Both the position numbers and the translations under genes were made by a program. A DNA stretch of 55,498 bases, the filler included, from Sluysia triapertura (lineage: Eukaryota), in the NCBI GenBank assembly GCA_046118255.1. It is 4 parts of 4 records of this genome, joined end to end, with 100 filler letters (N's around TTAATTAATTAA, not from the genome) between each part and the next. Parts side by side here need not be neighbours in the genome. Positions count along the whole stretch, not along the records: positions 1 to 12,761 come from JBJNIA010083588.1; positions 12,862 to 23,850 come from JBJNIA010190497.1; 2 more parts are not named here. One strand, given 5' to 3'. The notes below the pieces were generated by a model. It ran no database searches. It was not told where the DNA came from and saw only the letters and a program-made list of their open reading frames with translations. Shown in pieces: positions 1 to 14,660 of this stretch. Within the stretch, counting starts at the first letter, position 1. Each line of letters opens with the position of its first letter.

Positions 1-363
1 ATTTTAAATAAATTTTATAATATTTTTATAAATTTAAAAATTAAAAATTTTTAAAACATACAAATAAAAATTTAAAATTATTATGTACATTCTTACAATA
101 ATAATAATAATAAAATAATTACAGAAACACGTCCGATCAAACCGAACTAATGAAAATGAGTCGGGGTGTGGGGGCTATGTTCGGCTGTATAGTAATTTTG
201 GCTGTGTGTATTTCTCCGCTCTGGATTACTTTTCATACTTCTAGTTATTATGAAAGTGTCATTAGATCAATATGGATAAAATTTACTTTCAGAATTAGTT
301 ATGCTCTAAATCCTGTTAGTATCAATTACAATTATCACGTGTTCTAGTTTATTCATATTCTAA

Positions 364-367
<4 letters not shown>

Positions 368-418
<51 letters not shown>
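368..418. repeat. (AAT)n microsatellite
   Basis: Perfect AAT run; it explains the poly-Leu stretch in ORF 349..579. Confidence 0.95.
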
Positions 419-2929
419 TGTAAACTAAATAGTAAAACTGATTTTTTTCTTATCTTATTTTTATTTTCCAAGTTCATAAGAAGCTGTTTTGATAGACCTG
501 CAAACCTTTCGTAAAAGAGCTCAAAGCCAAAATAGTTCGGTAAATCATAACAAGATGGAAGGCAATGATAACATATCACTTATACATTAATATTAAACTT
601 TAAATTAAATAAAATAAAAGCTTTTCCGGATATATAATGTTTTGAAATAGTCACGTGGATAAAGAAAATATTTCTACTGAAGTAACCCAAAAATATTTTG
701 TTCCTTATGATTTCTTATAATTAATTATAATTACGGAAACCTATAATTCGTGAAAATATCAGAATCAAATGTTATTTAAAAGTCTAAATTCTTTCTACAC
801 GTTTTGACAAGTAATTACGATGATGAAATAAATATAAAGACATGTACGAAATGAAACATGAATTTGAAGTAAAAACGTATTACTCATTGAAATGGTAATC
901 TAGAAAATAATGTTATTATAATTTTTCACTTGCTAGTATTAAAATTAGTATTAAAAATAATAAATATTAGTATTAAAATAAATATTCTATTATTCAATTT
1001 TATATTTTAGTTTACCTATCACTAAAGAATATCTAACTAATAATCAAATACTCTTAAGTTTACATAAAATATTATACGTATCAAATAATAAATTTTTTAC
1101 ATTATATAATTAAGATATTCTACTTCATTTTGGATCGAAATATGCGAGATAGTTCCAGAAAACAAATCAATAAATTTCAAGGTAAAGTCGACAGACCAAT
1201 AAAACATTCGGAATCGGGATAATAATTTTTTTTAATTTTTACCACATTTTATATTAATTATGTTAGTAAGTAGAAAATAAATACACTTATATTTATTAGT
1301 ATTTATTTACTTTGTTATTATAATACAGTACAAATTGAACATCAATTCCATCAAACGGAAATTAGTTGAACGGTTATTTGCCACACTTTATAACCATCTG
1401 TTGTTACTTAATTGGTTCATGATGGGAAAATTTATAAGATAATTTTTTATAAAATTAATATATTGTTTTAAATATTGGAAAATTAAAATTAATAACGAAT
1501 TAAAATATAATTATTAAAATCAGTATGATTTAATGAAGTTTATAATTCTGCTTCACCATAACTACAAGCCTTAAAATGTTAATAATTATTAATAAACATA
1601 ATTGGCTAAAAAATCGGGCAATACCAAACATTCTTTGAATGTATTTATTGATTCATATTTAATTTTCATATTTAATCAGTATAGAGACTTATTAAACGTT
1701 GACTAAATAGAGATAAACAATATTTAGGAAAACATTTATAAGCATCATTTTTTAACATAAAAACCCACACTTCGAAATATTTTTTGGACAATAAGTATTA
1801 ATTCATTTTTAAATCACTTAATAATTGCATATTTAATAATTACACTGTTTAATACTATTACTATCAGACTAATGTCGCTCTTCGTCATACACCATTTTCG
1901 AAAAACTAAACATATCAGTATAAGTTCTTCTACGTGGATTTTTATTGTAAAAGTATTTAATTTTGTTACAAAAGAAACAATTACCGAACTTTTACCAATT
2001 ATCAAAAGTACACTTAAATTATAGGGCGTAGTCTGGTAATAAAATTTAATATAGTTTTTATTTATTAAATTAACGAATAATATTGGAATCACATTGACTT
2101 TACAATTATTGATAAAATGGGAGGGGTCATTTTATCATTTGAAAAGCAATAAATTTATAGGCTTTTATTAACTAGAAAAATCAAAACATCAATCCTTACG
2201 ATCACTATGTTAGATGATTTATCGTGAACATCGTCATCGATTTGATCTTCTTGTTCATAACATAAACTAAACTCATTGGACTTAACTTATTAAATTCTTT
2301 TTTTTAAATAATATCCAATTTTGAAGTTCATAAAATAAAATATAGATTCTTTTCTTTTTTAATATTATTTGAATTTTAGTATCAGTACGTGATAAAAATA
2401 ATAAAATAACTTATTTTATGAGCATAAAATTAATATATAATTCTAAACAAATATTTAAACACAATGATAAATAGTTTAATTTCTTACAATAATGATTATT
2501 ATGATTAAAACAATTAATTATCAAATATTTTATATTATTAAGAAATACATGAACACTTTTGTCACACTATTCAAAATAACAATGTCAATACTGAAATAAA
2601 TAATAATTTTAATAATTTTTTAGTTTTTTAAAAGTTCTCTTTTAATTTTAATATTTTTTAATTTCTTTATACCAATTTATTAATAAATACTATTGTTGTT
2701 TATTAGTCTTTTTTTATCATATTAATGATTTACAAAATAATGTAAGATTGGGAGATCCTTTGAATGAGAAGAAACATTTTTGAAAAATTGAACAACATTC
2801 ATACTTTCACCTGATTTAGATTGATCATCTAATTTTTCAATATGATTTTCATATATTAAACAGCTAAACTGTGTACAAAGTCTCACTTGTCACCATGATA
2901 TTTTAAATGGCATCCTTGGATTTCCAAAA

Positions 2930-4548
2930 TAATTCTTCAGAATAATTGAATTGTTATGATTGTTTAGTTTATGTATATTTTCGATTTGGTACAAAAATGT
3001 TCATGTGTACATATATAAACAACGTTCAAGAGAGAGAATATGAGTGTACATCTATTGTAAGACATATGATGAGGTATATATGTATTATTGGTGTTTGTTA
3101 AATATGGGTCTATATCTATATTGTGAATTAAGGGTGATTGTTTATGTGACTGTGTGTTTAGTAGTGTGCAATAAAATTATTAGATGGTGCTGACCACCAC
3201 ATAAATTAAAATGAGTAACGCATCATCTTTTGATTTAAGTGCTGATGCCCAAGTTAAAAGTTGATTTGATCTAAATTATTAAATTTGTTTAAAATATCAG
3301 CCAATGTGTGTCTAATTTTAGATAGGGCATCATGTAATCAAATAAATAATCACAATTTAATTCTTGCCACATTTTAATGCATTATATCGTTTTTACTTAT
3401 ATCATTATTCCACTTTGGTGGTAATGATTTAATATTTTGTAGTACATTTATTGCAAGATGCACCTAAATACTTACTACCAAAATGGTCATGATATTTAAC
3501 AAGTTTAGTTTCTGGCTTTTTACACAAATAACATGATTTTGTATTACTAAACTGAAATTGTTCGTAGCTAGTTAATTTCATTTATTTTTAATCTTGGTAA
3601 CTATATTTTGAACAAGTTCTTCAATCTTCTTTCACAAAAACTTACTGTATATTTATATTATTGTATATTTATATTATTCTGTATATATATATAATATATA
3701 TATTATATTATTACTGTATATTTATATTATTCTGCTTTTGGCCTATCAATAAAATTCCAGATATTTGTTCATGCCATTATTGATATCGTTCGTCTGGCAG
3801 TAATGTAGATTCAAAATCTGTGTAAATAATAAATGGCGATGATTCCGATTTACTGTGACATGTAAATTCACATTTATTATCAATTGGGATAGTGTACAAA
3901 GTACCTACTTCAAAATGTCTTACATTATTTTTAACATCCTTTAATCGTCTTCTTAAAAAGTTCCTTCATATCTACTTTAAGAAATATATTTAAGTCCTTG
4001 ATTGCTTTATAATGGAAAGTATTTTCATCCTTCAATAATAATAAATTAATAATTGTTTCATTATTACACTTATTTCTTTGCAATATATCAATAAATAGAT
4101 TTTTAAAAATATCATCACTATCATGGATATCTAAATATCATTATATTTAAAAAATTTATCTGTAAGTTATTCAATCGTTCAAATCTAGATATATTAAATA
4201 TAGTCATGGGGAAATCGAAATCTTTATTATAATTCAATTCATCTAAATATATTATTTAACTTAATTATTATTTATTTCGATAAAAGTACTGATTTTTTAT
4301 TTTGATCACTTAATTGTAATTAGGTGATGATTACTTAAATCACTCTCTAAATGGATCTTTTTAGAGGCCAAAAGCTTCTTCCCGAACGTATGTACTATAA
4401 AATTATTTTGGCCATCTGCATCTCCATCTTCCTTAGCATTATTTATATTTTCGTACACATTTTGTTCAATGGTTATTTGTAAATCTGAAAAGTAATTTAA
4501 TGAAAACAATTACTTGTTTTTATTTCTATTTCAAGTCTTGTTTGCCAT
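2930..4548 (-). pseudogene. Degraded Polinton/Maverick protein-primed DNA polymerase B (N-terminal and exonuclease region, internally deleted)
   Basis: Manual minus-strand translation gives, in order: LDELNYNKDFDFPMTIFNISRFERLNNLQINF (cf. ELNFxGIxFP..I.KFEK.N.ISIN), HYKAIKDL, PFIIYTDFESTL (ExoI YADFE, ~3807-3830), MKLTSYEQFQFSNTKSCYLCKKP..KYHDHFGSKYLGASCNKC (cf. CHIC..VRDHCH.TGKYRGAAH..CN), LPPK..ISKND..VWQELNC..LFDYMMPYLKLD..LADI and TWASALK. Many stops and frameshifts; boundaries approximate. Confidence 0.85.
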
Positions 4549-6835
4549 TTGAAAATAATCTATAAATTAATTTAAAATTTATTTTTATATATTCTTGATT
4601 TTTAAAATGTTTCTTTTTCAACTACTTTCCGAAAATTAAATTGTATTATATATGTTCATCTGTGTGCGTTTATTCTTCTTTATTTCATAAATATGTGAAT
4701 AATAAAACTTACTTCAAGATATAAAATAATCGCGTCCAAAAAATTTATACAATTTTAACGATCTTCATTGTGTTCTATAACTTAATCATAAATAAAAGAA
4801 CGTGTGATAAATAATGAGTCGCATACTCTTTGTTGAATATGTATACAGTATTTAACAGTCATTATAAAGTAGAATAATACCTAACTAAAATAAATAAATT
4901 ATTAAAAAATTAAAGTCGTTGTTTAGTTCATTTTTATCAATAATGCACTACTTACTATTGTAAATAATACATTATTGATTGTAAAATAATTTTGATGACT
5001 AAAATTATTTTTGTAAAAAAATTATAAGTTTATTTACAAAGTTTAATAATACGATTTTTGATAATTAAAGAGATTACACACAAATATTTATAAATAAACA
5101 CTTATAAAAATTATATACAAAATATTTTGTGCAAAATAATGTGGGCATAATGCCAAGCATTTTAAATATGCTTCATGATTGTTATGATAACGAAATATAC
5201 AAGTGATATTTTTTGTTAATGTTTCAAGTTTGTTCTACGTCAACATTATACAAAACTATTTTCAACTTTTCACATGCATGTATTTTTCAAGACCAAATAT
5301 ATAAAACACTGCTTGTTTAATATCATATTTGAATTATATTTCATTAAAAAGTTTTATGTCCTTAATATCATAATAATTAATGTACGTGTTTCATTAAACA
5401 CCTGTTTGTTGTTTTAGTTTTTTGTTCAATTTCTTCAATTTAATTGATGGTAAGTATATGTCATGAATTGGATCAAATCAGTCATTCTACATTCATAATA
5501 CATAATTCTTTAATTAATAATTTGTTTTCTGCATAAATAAAGGCGAAATTCATTTTATATTTTTTATATTCAATTTAAATTTTTTGTTTATACCAATAAA
5601 AAGAAAATCAACACACTAAGATATATTTAAATAAATATCGATAATACAACCTTAAATATATAAATGCCTATATGTTGGTATATTTTGAATTTACTGTCTA
5701 ATGAAATTTACAGGTCTACCTAATGAATTTGGATAATAAAAACAAAATGAATCAAATATATCAAGACATTCACTTTTTACATAAATTGAAAGTCAACGTT
5801 TAAACTCATTTTCAAGTAGAGCAGTGTAAGGATAAAAATACATGGAAAATACGTGAAGCTTTGTAAAAATTCTAAAAATAAATTAAATATTTTTAATATT
5901 TTAATATTTTTGAAAATAATACTTTAAATGTTTAAATGTAAAAACTATAACTAAACTATATACATTTATTAATTATTTTAATAAACTATTTTATGTAAAT
6001 AAAAATGTATTTTTATTTTTTTACTATTTCCAATTTTATGCAGAAAACTATATAAATATTTTTTAAATAATTAGTCTCCCTATTAAATTTTAAGCAGCTA
6101 ATATAAATAGCTATTACCAACTAAAATACATGACAGTTTTTAAGGCAGTTTTTAAAACAGTACTCAGCTGACAGTTTACAATTTAAAGTTTGTTGTTGAC
6201 GATTCAATATGAAGATATAATTTGAAGTCTTAATCGATTTTGAAAGCGCACATTAAAAGAAACATAAGTATCAAGGATTATTTATGATTTTAAGTGGCTA
6301 CTCATACAATTTCGAATTCAATTTATTATGAGGCACGTAAGTTTATTCTTGTAAGGTCAGTTTCAATTAATTGAAACTTAAAATCAACGTAAATTATTCA
6401 ACTTTTTCAAGATTGTGTTAACACAATCTAAAAATCTTTTTAAACTCAACAGATTAATATTAGATGAAAAAAATCTAATATTTAAAATCTCTATTAAGTT
6501 ATTGTTATTACAGTTTGACATTAGTACATTTTTTGCATCTATTATGTTTAATTTAATAAAAATTTAATTAAAGAATATATATATTCAAGCATAAATAGAC
6601 CCTCTAGATTAGATTAATAGAAATCTGGTTTATATTATAGACCCTCGAAGTTGCTAAAAGCTTTCCTTTTAATAATATTGATATTATCATTTTTACAACT
6701 ACGTAGATTGTAAAAGAACTCAGAGTATTAAAATTACATATGCTAGCTAAAAGTAAGTAAAGAAAATAATCATAGCATCAGTATTAATTCAATAATTCCA
6801 AAGAACTAATTAAATTATAATTAAAATAAAAAATA

Positions 6836-7973
6836 TACTTCATATATTATTAGATGGTTATTATTTATCTGTATTTCATTATCGAATCATACAGTTGTTG
6901 GTTCCTCAAATATTATAGCTAATTCAAGATCCTATCTCAAATTTCCTTGTGGTAATTGTTTTTAATTGACATCAAAATCATGTGCAAATACAAATGCAAA
7001 GAAAGAGTATTCTAGTTGAAATTAGCCATTTTCATTTCATTGTTTATATTTTTATTAAGATATCCTAAGTTTCTAATAAGTGATTATGCTTAAAATTTAA
7101 CGACGGCATGCATTTCGACGTAGACTAATTTATTCGATTACTATGTGGAAATGTTGACGCACCTTTTTTAATAGTTCCATTAATTGTAACCAAAGCAAAT
7201 ATCGGTAATCACGAATTACTAAAAACGTGATATTCATAAAATAAAAGTTGTCTTTGTGATATATGTTTGACAAATTTGATAAATTGCATTTTAATTTTGT
7301 AGACCTAATTGACGTCCATCTAAGATTAGTTGCTTAACTTTAATTCGTCTTCCATATATTTTTACATCTGTAAAAACAACTTCATAACTACCATTAGGTA
7401 CAAGCATCAGATGCGAGCAAAAAGTCGATTTATTTCTTTGAAATTTCATGTAAATTTTACCCAGAATCAAATATTTTGGTTGATTGATAAAGTCCAACAA
7501 TATTGAACCACATATTGCACACCTTTTGATTTTTCAATCCATTGTAGTCTAAGACTTATTTGAATCATATCCAACAGCGCTTAATATAATAGCTTCAGTA
7601 TCACTCCTATAATTTGAAATATTTTCTAATATTGTTTTTGATGTGTAATGAAAATTTCCACATCCAACTTGAATACTATTAAATGATAAAATCACATATT
7701 TCCAAAAGGCATAAAAATGTAATTAATTATTCAAAAATATTCTTTATCAGTTAAATCTGCATCATCTGATTTTGTAACTTTCAACTCAACAAATAATAAT
7801 ATATCATTAAGATTAAGGTAATCAGTTTCTCGTGCTTGTTTTTTAAATTCTTAATATCCATTATTATTATTTATTGTATTGGTAAGATAAAGCTCTTAAA
7901 AAGTTGCATTTTGTATGACAACTTGAAAAAAAGGACGATCAAAAATACATGATTCAGGTTCTGCACAACTCAT
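6836..7973 (-). pseudogene. Degraded Polinton/Maverick major capsid protein (double jelly-roll), nearly full length
   Basis: N-terminus MSCAEPESCIFDRP..QVVIQNA..LY..NTINNNNG..EF..TDYLNLNDILLFVELKVTKSDDADL; middle LDFINQPKYLILGKIYMKFQRNKSTF..YEVVFTDVKIYGRRIKV..NAIY (ORF 7291..7500); C-terminus YSFFAFVFAHDFD..QGNLR.DLEL..FDNEIQINNN. These follow Maverick MCP motifs (YLDL..L.V..KI, DLFNQ.K.L, GNLRL, FDN.I.I) colinearly. Confidence 0.88.
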
Positions 7974-7989
7974 TATATATCATTAAATA

Positions 7990-8200
7990 CAGTGTCATTT
8001 ATTTTTCTTTTGTTTATATTTTTCGCCTGTTTCGTTGATTAGAGGAAATTATGTTACTTCCAGTAAATTTTTTAACTATTTGTTGTAAGTATGGTATCAC
8101 CACTACAAACGATAGTTTTGTTACCACCTTCACATATAAATCCATACATAATTTTATACATAAATTCAACCTAAATTAACATTTCTATGAAAGAAAAAAA
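7990..8200 (-). pseudogene. Possible Polinton small basic core protein remnant immediately upstream of the MCP
   Basis: Position directly 5' of the MCP and a basic tail (PYLQQIVKKFTGSNIISSNQRNRRKI); only weak resemblance to the QRGxGLG-type motif. Confidence 0.35.
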
Positions 8201-8218
8201 TTATAATTACTTGCAGAC

Positions 8219-8867
8219 TTAATTCATCAACATCATAACAGCCACTATCTTCGTGATAAAAATAAATTTGGTAATTGTTGAATTTTGGTTTGTTATCAAA
8301 ACGCCGGATTGTAGGGATGTTAATAAACTGCTTAATCTTTGCATGTATTGATTTGTATCTTCGTCATTGTAATTCATTTCGAAGACATCGTGATAATAGC
8401 GGCAAGATGTGCCGAGCTTGATACAGATTCCAAATTTATCCAATTGGGATGGGCATTGTGCCATACATTTCTGCAAAAGAACAGTACAACTTGAATTGAC
8501 AATAAAAGGATTATCATGATAGTTTGTGATAGTTTGTGATAGTTTGACTTGATTGGCATAATATGTCGGTATTGGGTTTCCATATTCTTAAACATGTCCT
8601 TTGAAAATATAATACATTTTGCAGATAATTTTTCTTCAAATGTAGACAAAATAAAATGAAATCTTTTGGAAATGTAATCAATTATAAGTTTAAATATCTC
8701 GATCTCTTGATATAAATGTTGTACTTCACTATCAACGTTGGATTTAACTTTAAAATAAATTGACTATACGTATAATCATTTATCTTTATACCATATAATT
8801 CAGTTTTGTATTTAAATAAAGTTAAAGCATAATTAAATAATTGCTGTGAATGATATTTTTCCATCAA
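8219..8867 (-). pseudogene. Frameshifted intronless ORF of the Polinton relic (three overlapping ORFs), possibly a Maverick accessory protein with a CP..L...C..H motif
   Basis: ORFs 8682..8867, 8374..8649 and 8219..8476 tile on one strand next to the core/MCP genes; motif QCPSQLDKFG..SCRYYHD. Function not established. Confidence 0.4.
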
Positions 8868-10219
8868 AATTGAAAAAATGTATTAACAAATTAATGTTAA
8901 TAATTATAGTAATAATAATGATAATAAAAATGAAGATAATAATGATAATAAATAATATTAACAATAATAAAATAGTGTGAGAAGCAAGTATAAAGAATAA
9001 AGTTTATTTAAAATATCGTGAGTTCACCAACGTACTGGACTTACCAGCGAGGGCCAGCCGTTGGGTTTTTACGTAAAGAAAAGATATTCAATCTCAAAAA
9101 CTTAGTTAACTTCCTAACAAAAAATCTGGATGTAACTTTGTTAATATTATTGTAACTTATCCTATTAATTTAAGAGTGATTTTGCAAGGATCATATAATA
9201 AGGATTCTTTATTCTATTTTTTAATTAAGGACTATTTTATTTTTCAGTTATATCAGAACTCAATACGTTTCTTTTAGGAAGGTTTATTATATGTACAAAA
9301 GATAAAATATAATAATAAAATAATAATGATATAGATTTTTCTAGAATTACCAAATGTAATTCAAATGTTACTGAAATTTTAAAAAAGATTTTGCATTGAT
9401 CTATTACAAGATCACGAAAATTAAAATAAGTTAATGAATGTACCTGTATTTTTCAATGATATGTTTAAATAATATCTGCCTTAACAAAAAATAAACTAAC
9501 CTGTACAGTTAATGTTAAACAGGTTGATAGATAAATAGTTATTCGTCCAATAAATTGTGAAAATTGCCAAGAGGATTGAAAGATTGATCCGACCAAGTTT
9601 ATATTAACCAAATCTTGTGTTCAAAAATTTTGTGTTTAAATATTTTTTGTTTTAAATTATTTTTGTGAGAATTGTGTTGATTTTAATACTTTATATACTC
9701 TTTTATCTATCAACATTAGATTATTTAAACAAAGTTTTTTTAAATAAAGTTTAAATTGAAAAATTTAATTTAAAGTTTAATTAAAATATTAAAATACGAC
9801 TTACCAAAATAATAAGATTATATTTTCCAGAATTAATAAAATTATAGTTTCCAAAAATAAAATTATAAATTTCCAAAGTATTAATAAAGTGAATAAAATT
9901 AATGAATATCAGCACAGAATTAATCACACGCATATGAATAATAAAGTTTATTTAATAACAAAGCACGTATTAACACATATAAATTCATTTTTAGTACTTA
10001 CTTAAAAGTAAAAATAAATTTATGTATTTATAATTTTAATAATTATTTAATTAAATTTATTCATTTCACTTTTTATTATTTAAATTATTGATATTTTTCA
10101 ATACATTTAATGTTGATTATTTAATGTTGATTCTCGTTATTTAAAATTTTATAAATTATCAAATATTTTACTAAAATATAAAAATGAAAAATCATTCCAG
10201 AAAAGGTTTTAGTAGCAAT

Positions 10220-10353
10220 TTAATCTTACGTTTACCAAAGAATTATGTATAAACATCAAGTCAAAATAATTTTAATGTAACAAATTAACTAGAAAATAAC
10301 TAGTGAAATTTACAATCAGGTCAAATGGATCCGAGTGGTACACAAAAGATTAA
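10220..10353. mobile_element. Putative TTAA-flanked mini element (piggyBac-type MITE)
   Basis: TTAA at both ends; TTAATCTTACGTTTACCA versus the reverse complement of the right end TTAATCTTTTGTGTACCA (15/18). Confidence 0.4.
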
Positions 10354-10700
10354 AAATATTTAAGCATTAAATTAAAATATAATAACGAAATTTATTGAAA
10401 ATATACTTTAAATTTAATAAATGAAACTTAAAATTAATTTATAATTAGTTGATATTTTATAGAGTTTTCATTTGAAGGCTTATCATAACTTATTTAAGAT
10501 TTACTCATTCGTCTAAGCGAGGATAATAATAATGCAATAATACTTTTTAATCTTAAAATACGTGCTTCCGTTTTAGAGGTTTAGTAACGCTGCATAAAAA
10601 ATTAATTTTAATTATTTAATTATTGAAGTATTTTTAATTTTGATTTTATTAGTAGATTTTGATTTTAACTTTGTGTTTTTCTATATACTCCTGTTGACAC

Positions 10701-10763
10701 AATAATAATAATAATAACAATAATAATAATAACAATAATAATAATAAATAATAATAATAATAA
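10701..10763. repeat. Imperfect (AAT/AAC)n microsatellite
   Basis: Visible AAT run interrupted by AAC units. Confidence 0.9.
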
Positions 10764-12761
10764 TGCGTTGTATGATTTTATTAGTACAAAAATAAAAAGT
10801 GATACTTTATTCGTTTCTAATTACATTTTCCACATTTTCTGTGTGTTTATTTATGCTTTTATAAGTAAATTTTATCATTTTCTTTATCCCTTTTATTTTA
10901 TTCATTTTTATTCGCTTTTATTGGTTCTTCAATATAATTGATCCATTACATAAAACATTTAAACATTTTCTAAATTTTATTAATTGTCGTACTTTAGAGA
11001 TGCATATTTTGTTTATAACACATTTATATTTATATTTTAATGTATTTTAAAAATATTTCTAATTTGATATTTATAATATTGATAATATTTTTTAATATAT
11101 AAAACTATTTATAATTATAATATATAAAATTTGTTCATTTAATTTTTGTTTGTCGTGTTTTTAATGTTATTTATTTTTTGATTCAATTTCACAATATAAA
11201 TATTACGAAAGTTTTTTAATACTTTGCTTATAATGTTGTATTTATATGAATTTAATTTAATTTGAAAACTTTAATTTAATTCAAAAAATTTAATTTGAAT
11301 TAAGTTTATTTACGTGTGAAACTAGGCAGTAAAAAACAGTAAGATGCAATTTTATATTCACATGCAAATTTTTGTAACATTTCCTTGATATCTTTTTATT
11401 AGAATATTTTAGACTAATATAAAATTAATAATACAATGTTATAATTCATTAAGAAAATTTTATTATTTCTTTAATAATGTGTGTTAAATTAAAAATATAA
11501 ACATAAAAAAAATTTTTTCATTTCTTTAATGAAACTTTGGCTATTGTAAATAAACAAATAAACATCAAAATAAAAAGCAAATTTAACAATAAATAAATAA
11601 TTTTGAATTATAACAATAACAAGCCAACTAATGTGAAAACTGAATTTATATTAACAAAACAATTATTGAACAAATTTAAAAGAACATTATAAAATAAGGT
11701 TTGACAAATAATAATAATAATATATAAATATAATATAATAATATAATAATATAATAATATAATTATGTTTAATTTAAAATGAATTTAATTAAATAAGCAT
11801 GTGGTGATTCCAATTCATGTTTTATTAGAGAATGTCTATTTGCAATAAATAATAAAATTACTCGTTTATTGCATTTTCTTTTTTGTATTAGCTGAAGCAT
11901 ATTTAAAGTTGTTTATGTTTTATTTTTTATTATTTATGGTGTAAAATTTAAATTTTTTTGCATTTCTAATTGATAAATATTGATTATTTTTAAAATATAT
12001 TGAATATATGACGTATTTGTGCTCTTATTATTATAATTTATTTTATTTATAATTAATTATAAAACTGTTTAAACTGTAGCTCAATAATTATAATAATGAT
12101 GTACCATAAAAATAGTTTTATATTAGATGAAATTAATTAATTAATTTAGAAACAAAGTGCTGCATTTATTATAAATACTTTTCCTTATTTTTTTTGTATT
12201 TTATAAGCTTTAAAATTCTCAGAAATAAGCATAATATAAAAATAAGTAGATATTAAAACAACGATATTAACGTAGAACTTAATTAAATGCTATTGTTTGT
12301 TCAAGTTTGTTTATTTAAATTATTTTTTTGGAAAGATAATATATTTATTATATTTTATATTTATTTATTAAAAGTCTTTAATTAAAACAGACTTTACCTT
12401 AAAATAAGTTTATATTAAAGAATATTATATAAATATTTATTTGCAAATAATTTTGCATTTTAATCTTTGTTGTTACAAAGATTATTGCAACTTTACAAAT
12501 TTAATACATAATAATAAATAATTAATTGTAATAATTAATGTCTATAAATAATTATTAGCTATATATTTTTTTACCTTTCTTTTCGTTCTACAGTGTATAA
12601 CTTAGTTTGGAAACCACTACATATTATATATTTTATTATACAGATTTATATAAAGTTGATAATTAATATACGTATTTTATTCTTTTATGATTGTAAACCA
12701 ATAAAATTTGTTAAAGAATGGATTAAACATTATTTTATATCTATACAATTATATATAGAAT

Positions 12762-12861
12762 NNNNNNNNNNNNNNNNNNNNNNNNNNNNNNNNNNNNNNN
12801 NNNNNTTAATTAATTAANNNNNNNNNNNNNNNNNNNNNNNNNNNNNNNNNNNNNNNNNNNN
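12762..12861. other. Artificial contig linker (N44-TTAATTAATTAA-N44)
   Basis: The same 100-bp linker with stops in all frames occurs three times in the window. Confidence 0.95.
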
Positions 12862-14479
12862 TTGCTTTAATTAGTGGTTTAATTCATTAATATAATTATT
12901 CTTATTTTACTATGTTCTTAATTGCTAGGAAAGTTAGAGAGTCTTATTCTTCCGAAATTCAAGTAGTAACAGCTTCGTTATTTTGAAAAATTGATTATAA
13001 ATTCTACAAACATCCGAATAACAAAACACAAAATTTGATGTAATTATGGTAATTTAATTGGTTACAAATTGTTGTTAATGATAAAACAGCAGGTAGAGAA
13101 AAAAAATAAAAATGAAGTCATTAAAATTAAACGTTGTTGAGGTCTTTAATTTTTATAAATATACAGAAATGATTTTAATCCTCAGTAAGTCGGAGATCAA
13201 AATGTTTAAATAAAATTGATTTTTGGTGTATTTTAAAGTTTAACTTATATAGTTAAAACAATCTTAATAGAAATAACTTGATGAATTGGATGGAATAATT
13301 AAATATTATATGTGTTGCGTCTTTAAAAATTATTAACTATGTTAAATCAATATTAATTCAATTAGCTTAAAAAGAATCTCAATTATCCAAGTATCTCCCT
13401 AAATCAAGTTTAAGTTTTTAAAAATTATCTTATTTATTATCAATAATTAGTCACCCAAAAATTAAGCTCTTGAAAATCAAATTAATAATAACAGCATAAT
13501 AATAAAACAAAAGTCAAAATACAATTTATTATTATTATGAATCTCCATAAACAATACTAAAAATAACGAAAATGACAAAATTAACAATAGTGTTTATAAT
13601 AATAATAATAAAGGTGCTACAATCTAACTAGGAGTGACGCAACAGACACTAGCAATTTCAATATCTAGAAAGTTAATAATTATGCTACTTAAATATTTTT
13701 AGTTATCTTAACCAAACGTAATCACGATTAAATATTATAATAAAAATTTAAACTTCTAAAAAATTTTAAAATTTAAAAAATTCTAAAACTTAACAGTAAT
13801 ATCTAAAGTAAAAATATTTAATATTTTTGATAAAATAAGTAGTGTAGGGAGTCTTTCATAAAACTAGTTTAAAAATGGCTAAAAATCAACCTTATCATTT
13901 TACAAAAATTGCGTAGTACGTTTCCCACATATCTAGTTTAAAAACTGCTGAAAATAATATTTAATATTTTACAAAAATTGCCTATGGTCTTTCCAACAAT
14001 ATTAACTTACATTAAAACAATCTTCCCTTTAATCAAAAATAAAATTAAACAACTTAAAATAATTTAACAATAAAATTAGTACAATATTAACTTACATATA
14101 ACTTAAAATAATTTAAAATAAATTGCTCAGGATGTCTCCCATAATATTAACTTATATTAAAATTACTTTCCCTTAAAGCATAAATAAAATCAAAATAAAA
14201 TTATATGAAATGAATAAAAATTACCTAAAACATGGAACTGAGCAGCATGAATCGTGGCTTTGTTATTTGTGTTGTGTGTTAAGATTTTAAAGTTTTTCTT
14301 TTTATACTCTTTCATAATCCAATCAATCCGAAGTCTCACAACCAAACACTCTCTCACACAAATCATCCAAATCTCTTTGAGAATCAGACCGACAATAACA
14401 ATAACAGTCTATCAAACTTCATTAGGTACAAAATATAGAAATTTGATTTATCAACCATCATTTCATTTTACTCTACTCA

Positions 14480-14660
14480 ATCTATTTTAACTTAAATTAC
14501 TTCTCACATTTAAATAACAATCAACAATATTACTGGCCGTTGACGTAGTAATACGTCATTTTTTAATTCGAAATTCAGTAGCCGCTGACTTAGTGTCCTA
14601 ACTGTGGAGAACCTTAACACTATTAAGCTGTTTCTTTTGAAGATACCGACATATCTTAAT
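14480..14660 (+). mobile_element. Possible 3' remnant of a non-LTR retrotransposon ORF2 (C-terminal zinc knuckle)
   Basis: CPNCGEP..TIK..F.E resembles the CxxC..T..H...C terminal motif of LINE ORF2; heavily degraded. Confidence 0.3.

Noticed and set aside
120-590. Two possible minus-strand host exons (ICYHCLPSCYDLPNYFGFELFYERFAGL..)
   Set aside because: GC-richer and plausibly coding, but no family was recognised and splice phases could not be verified.
12806-12817. Conserved TTAATTAATTAA motif occurring three times
   Set aside because: Always centred in N runs; an artificial six-frame stop linker.
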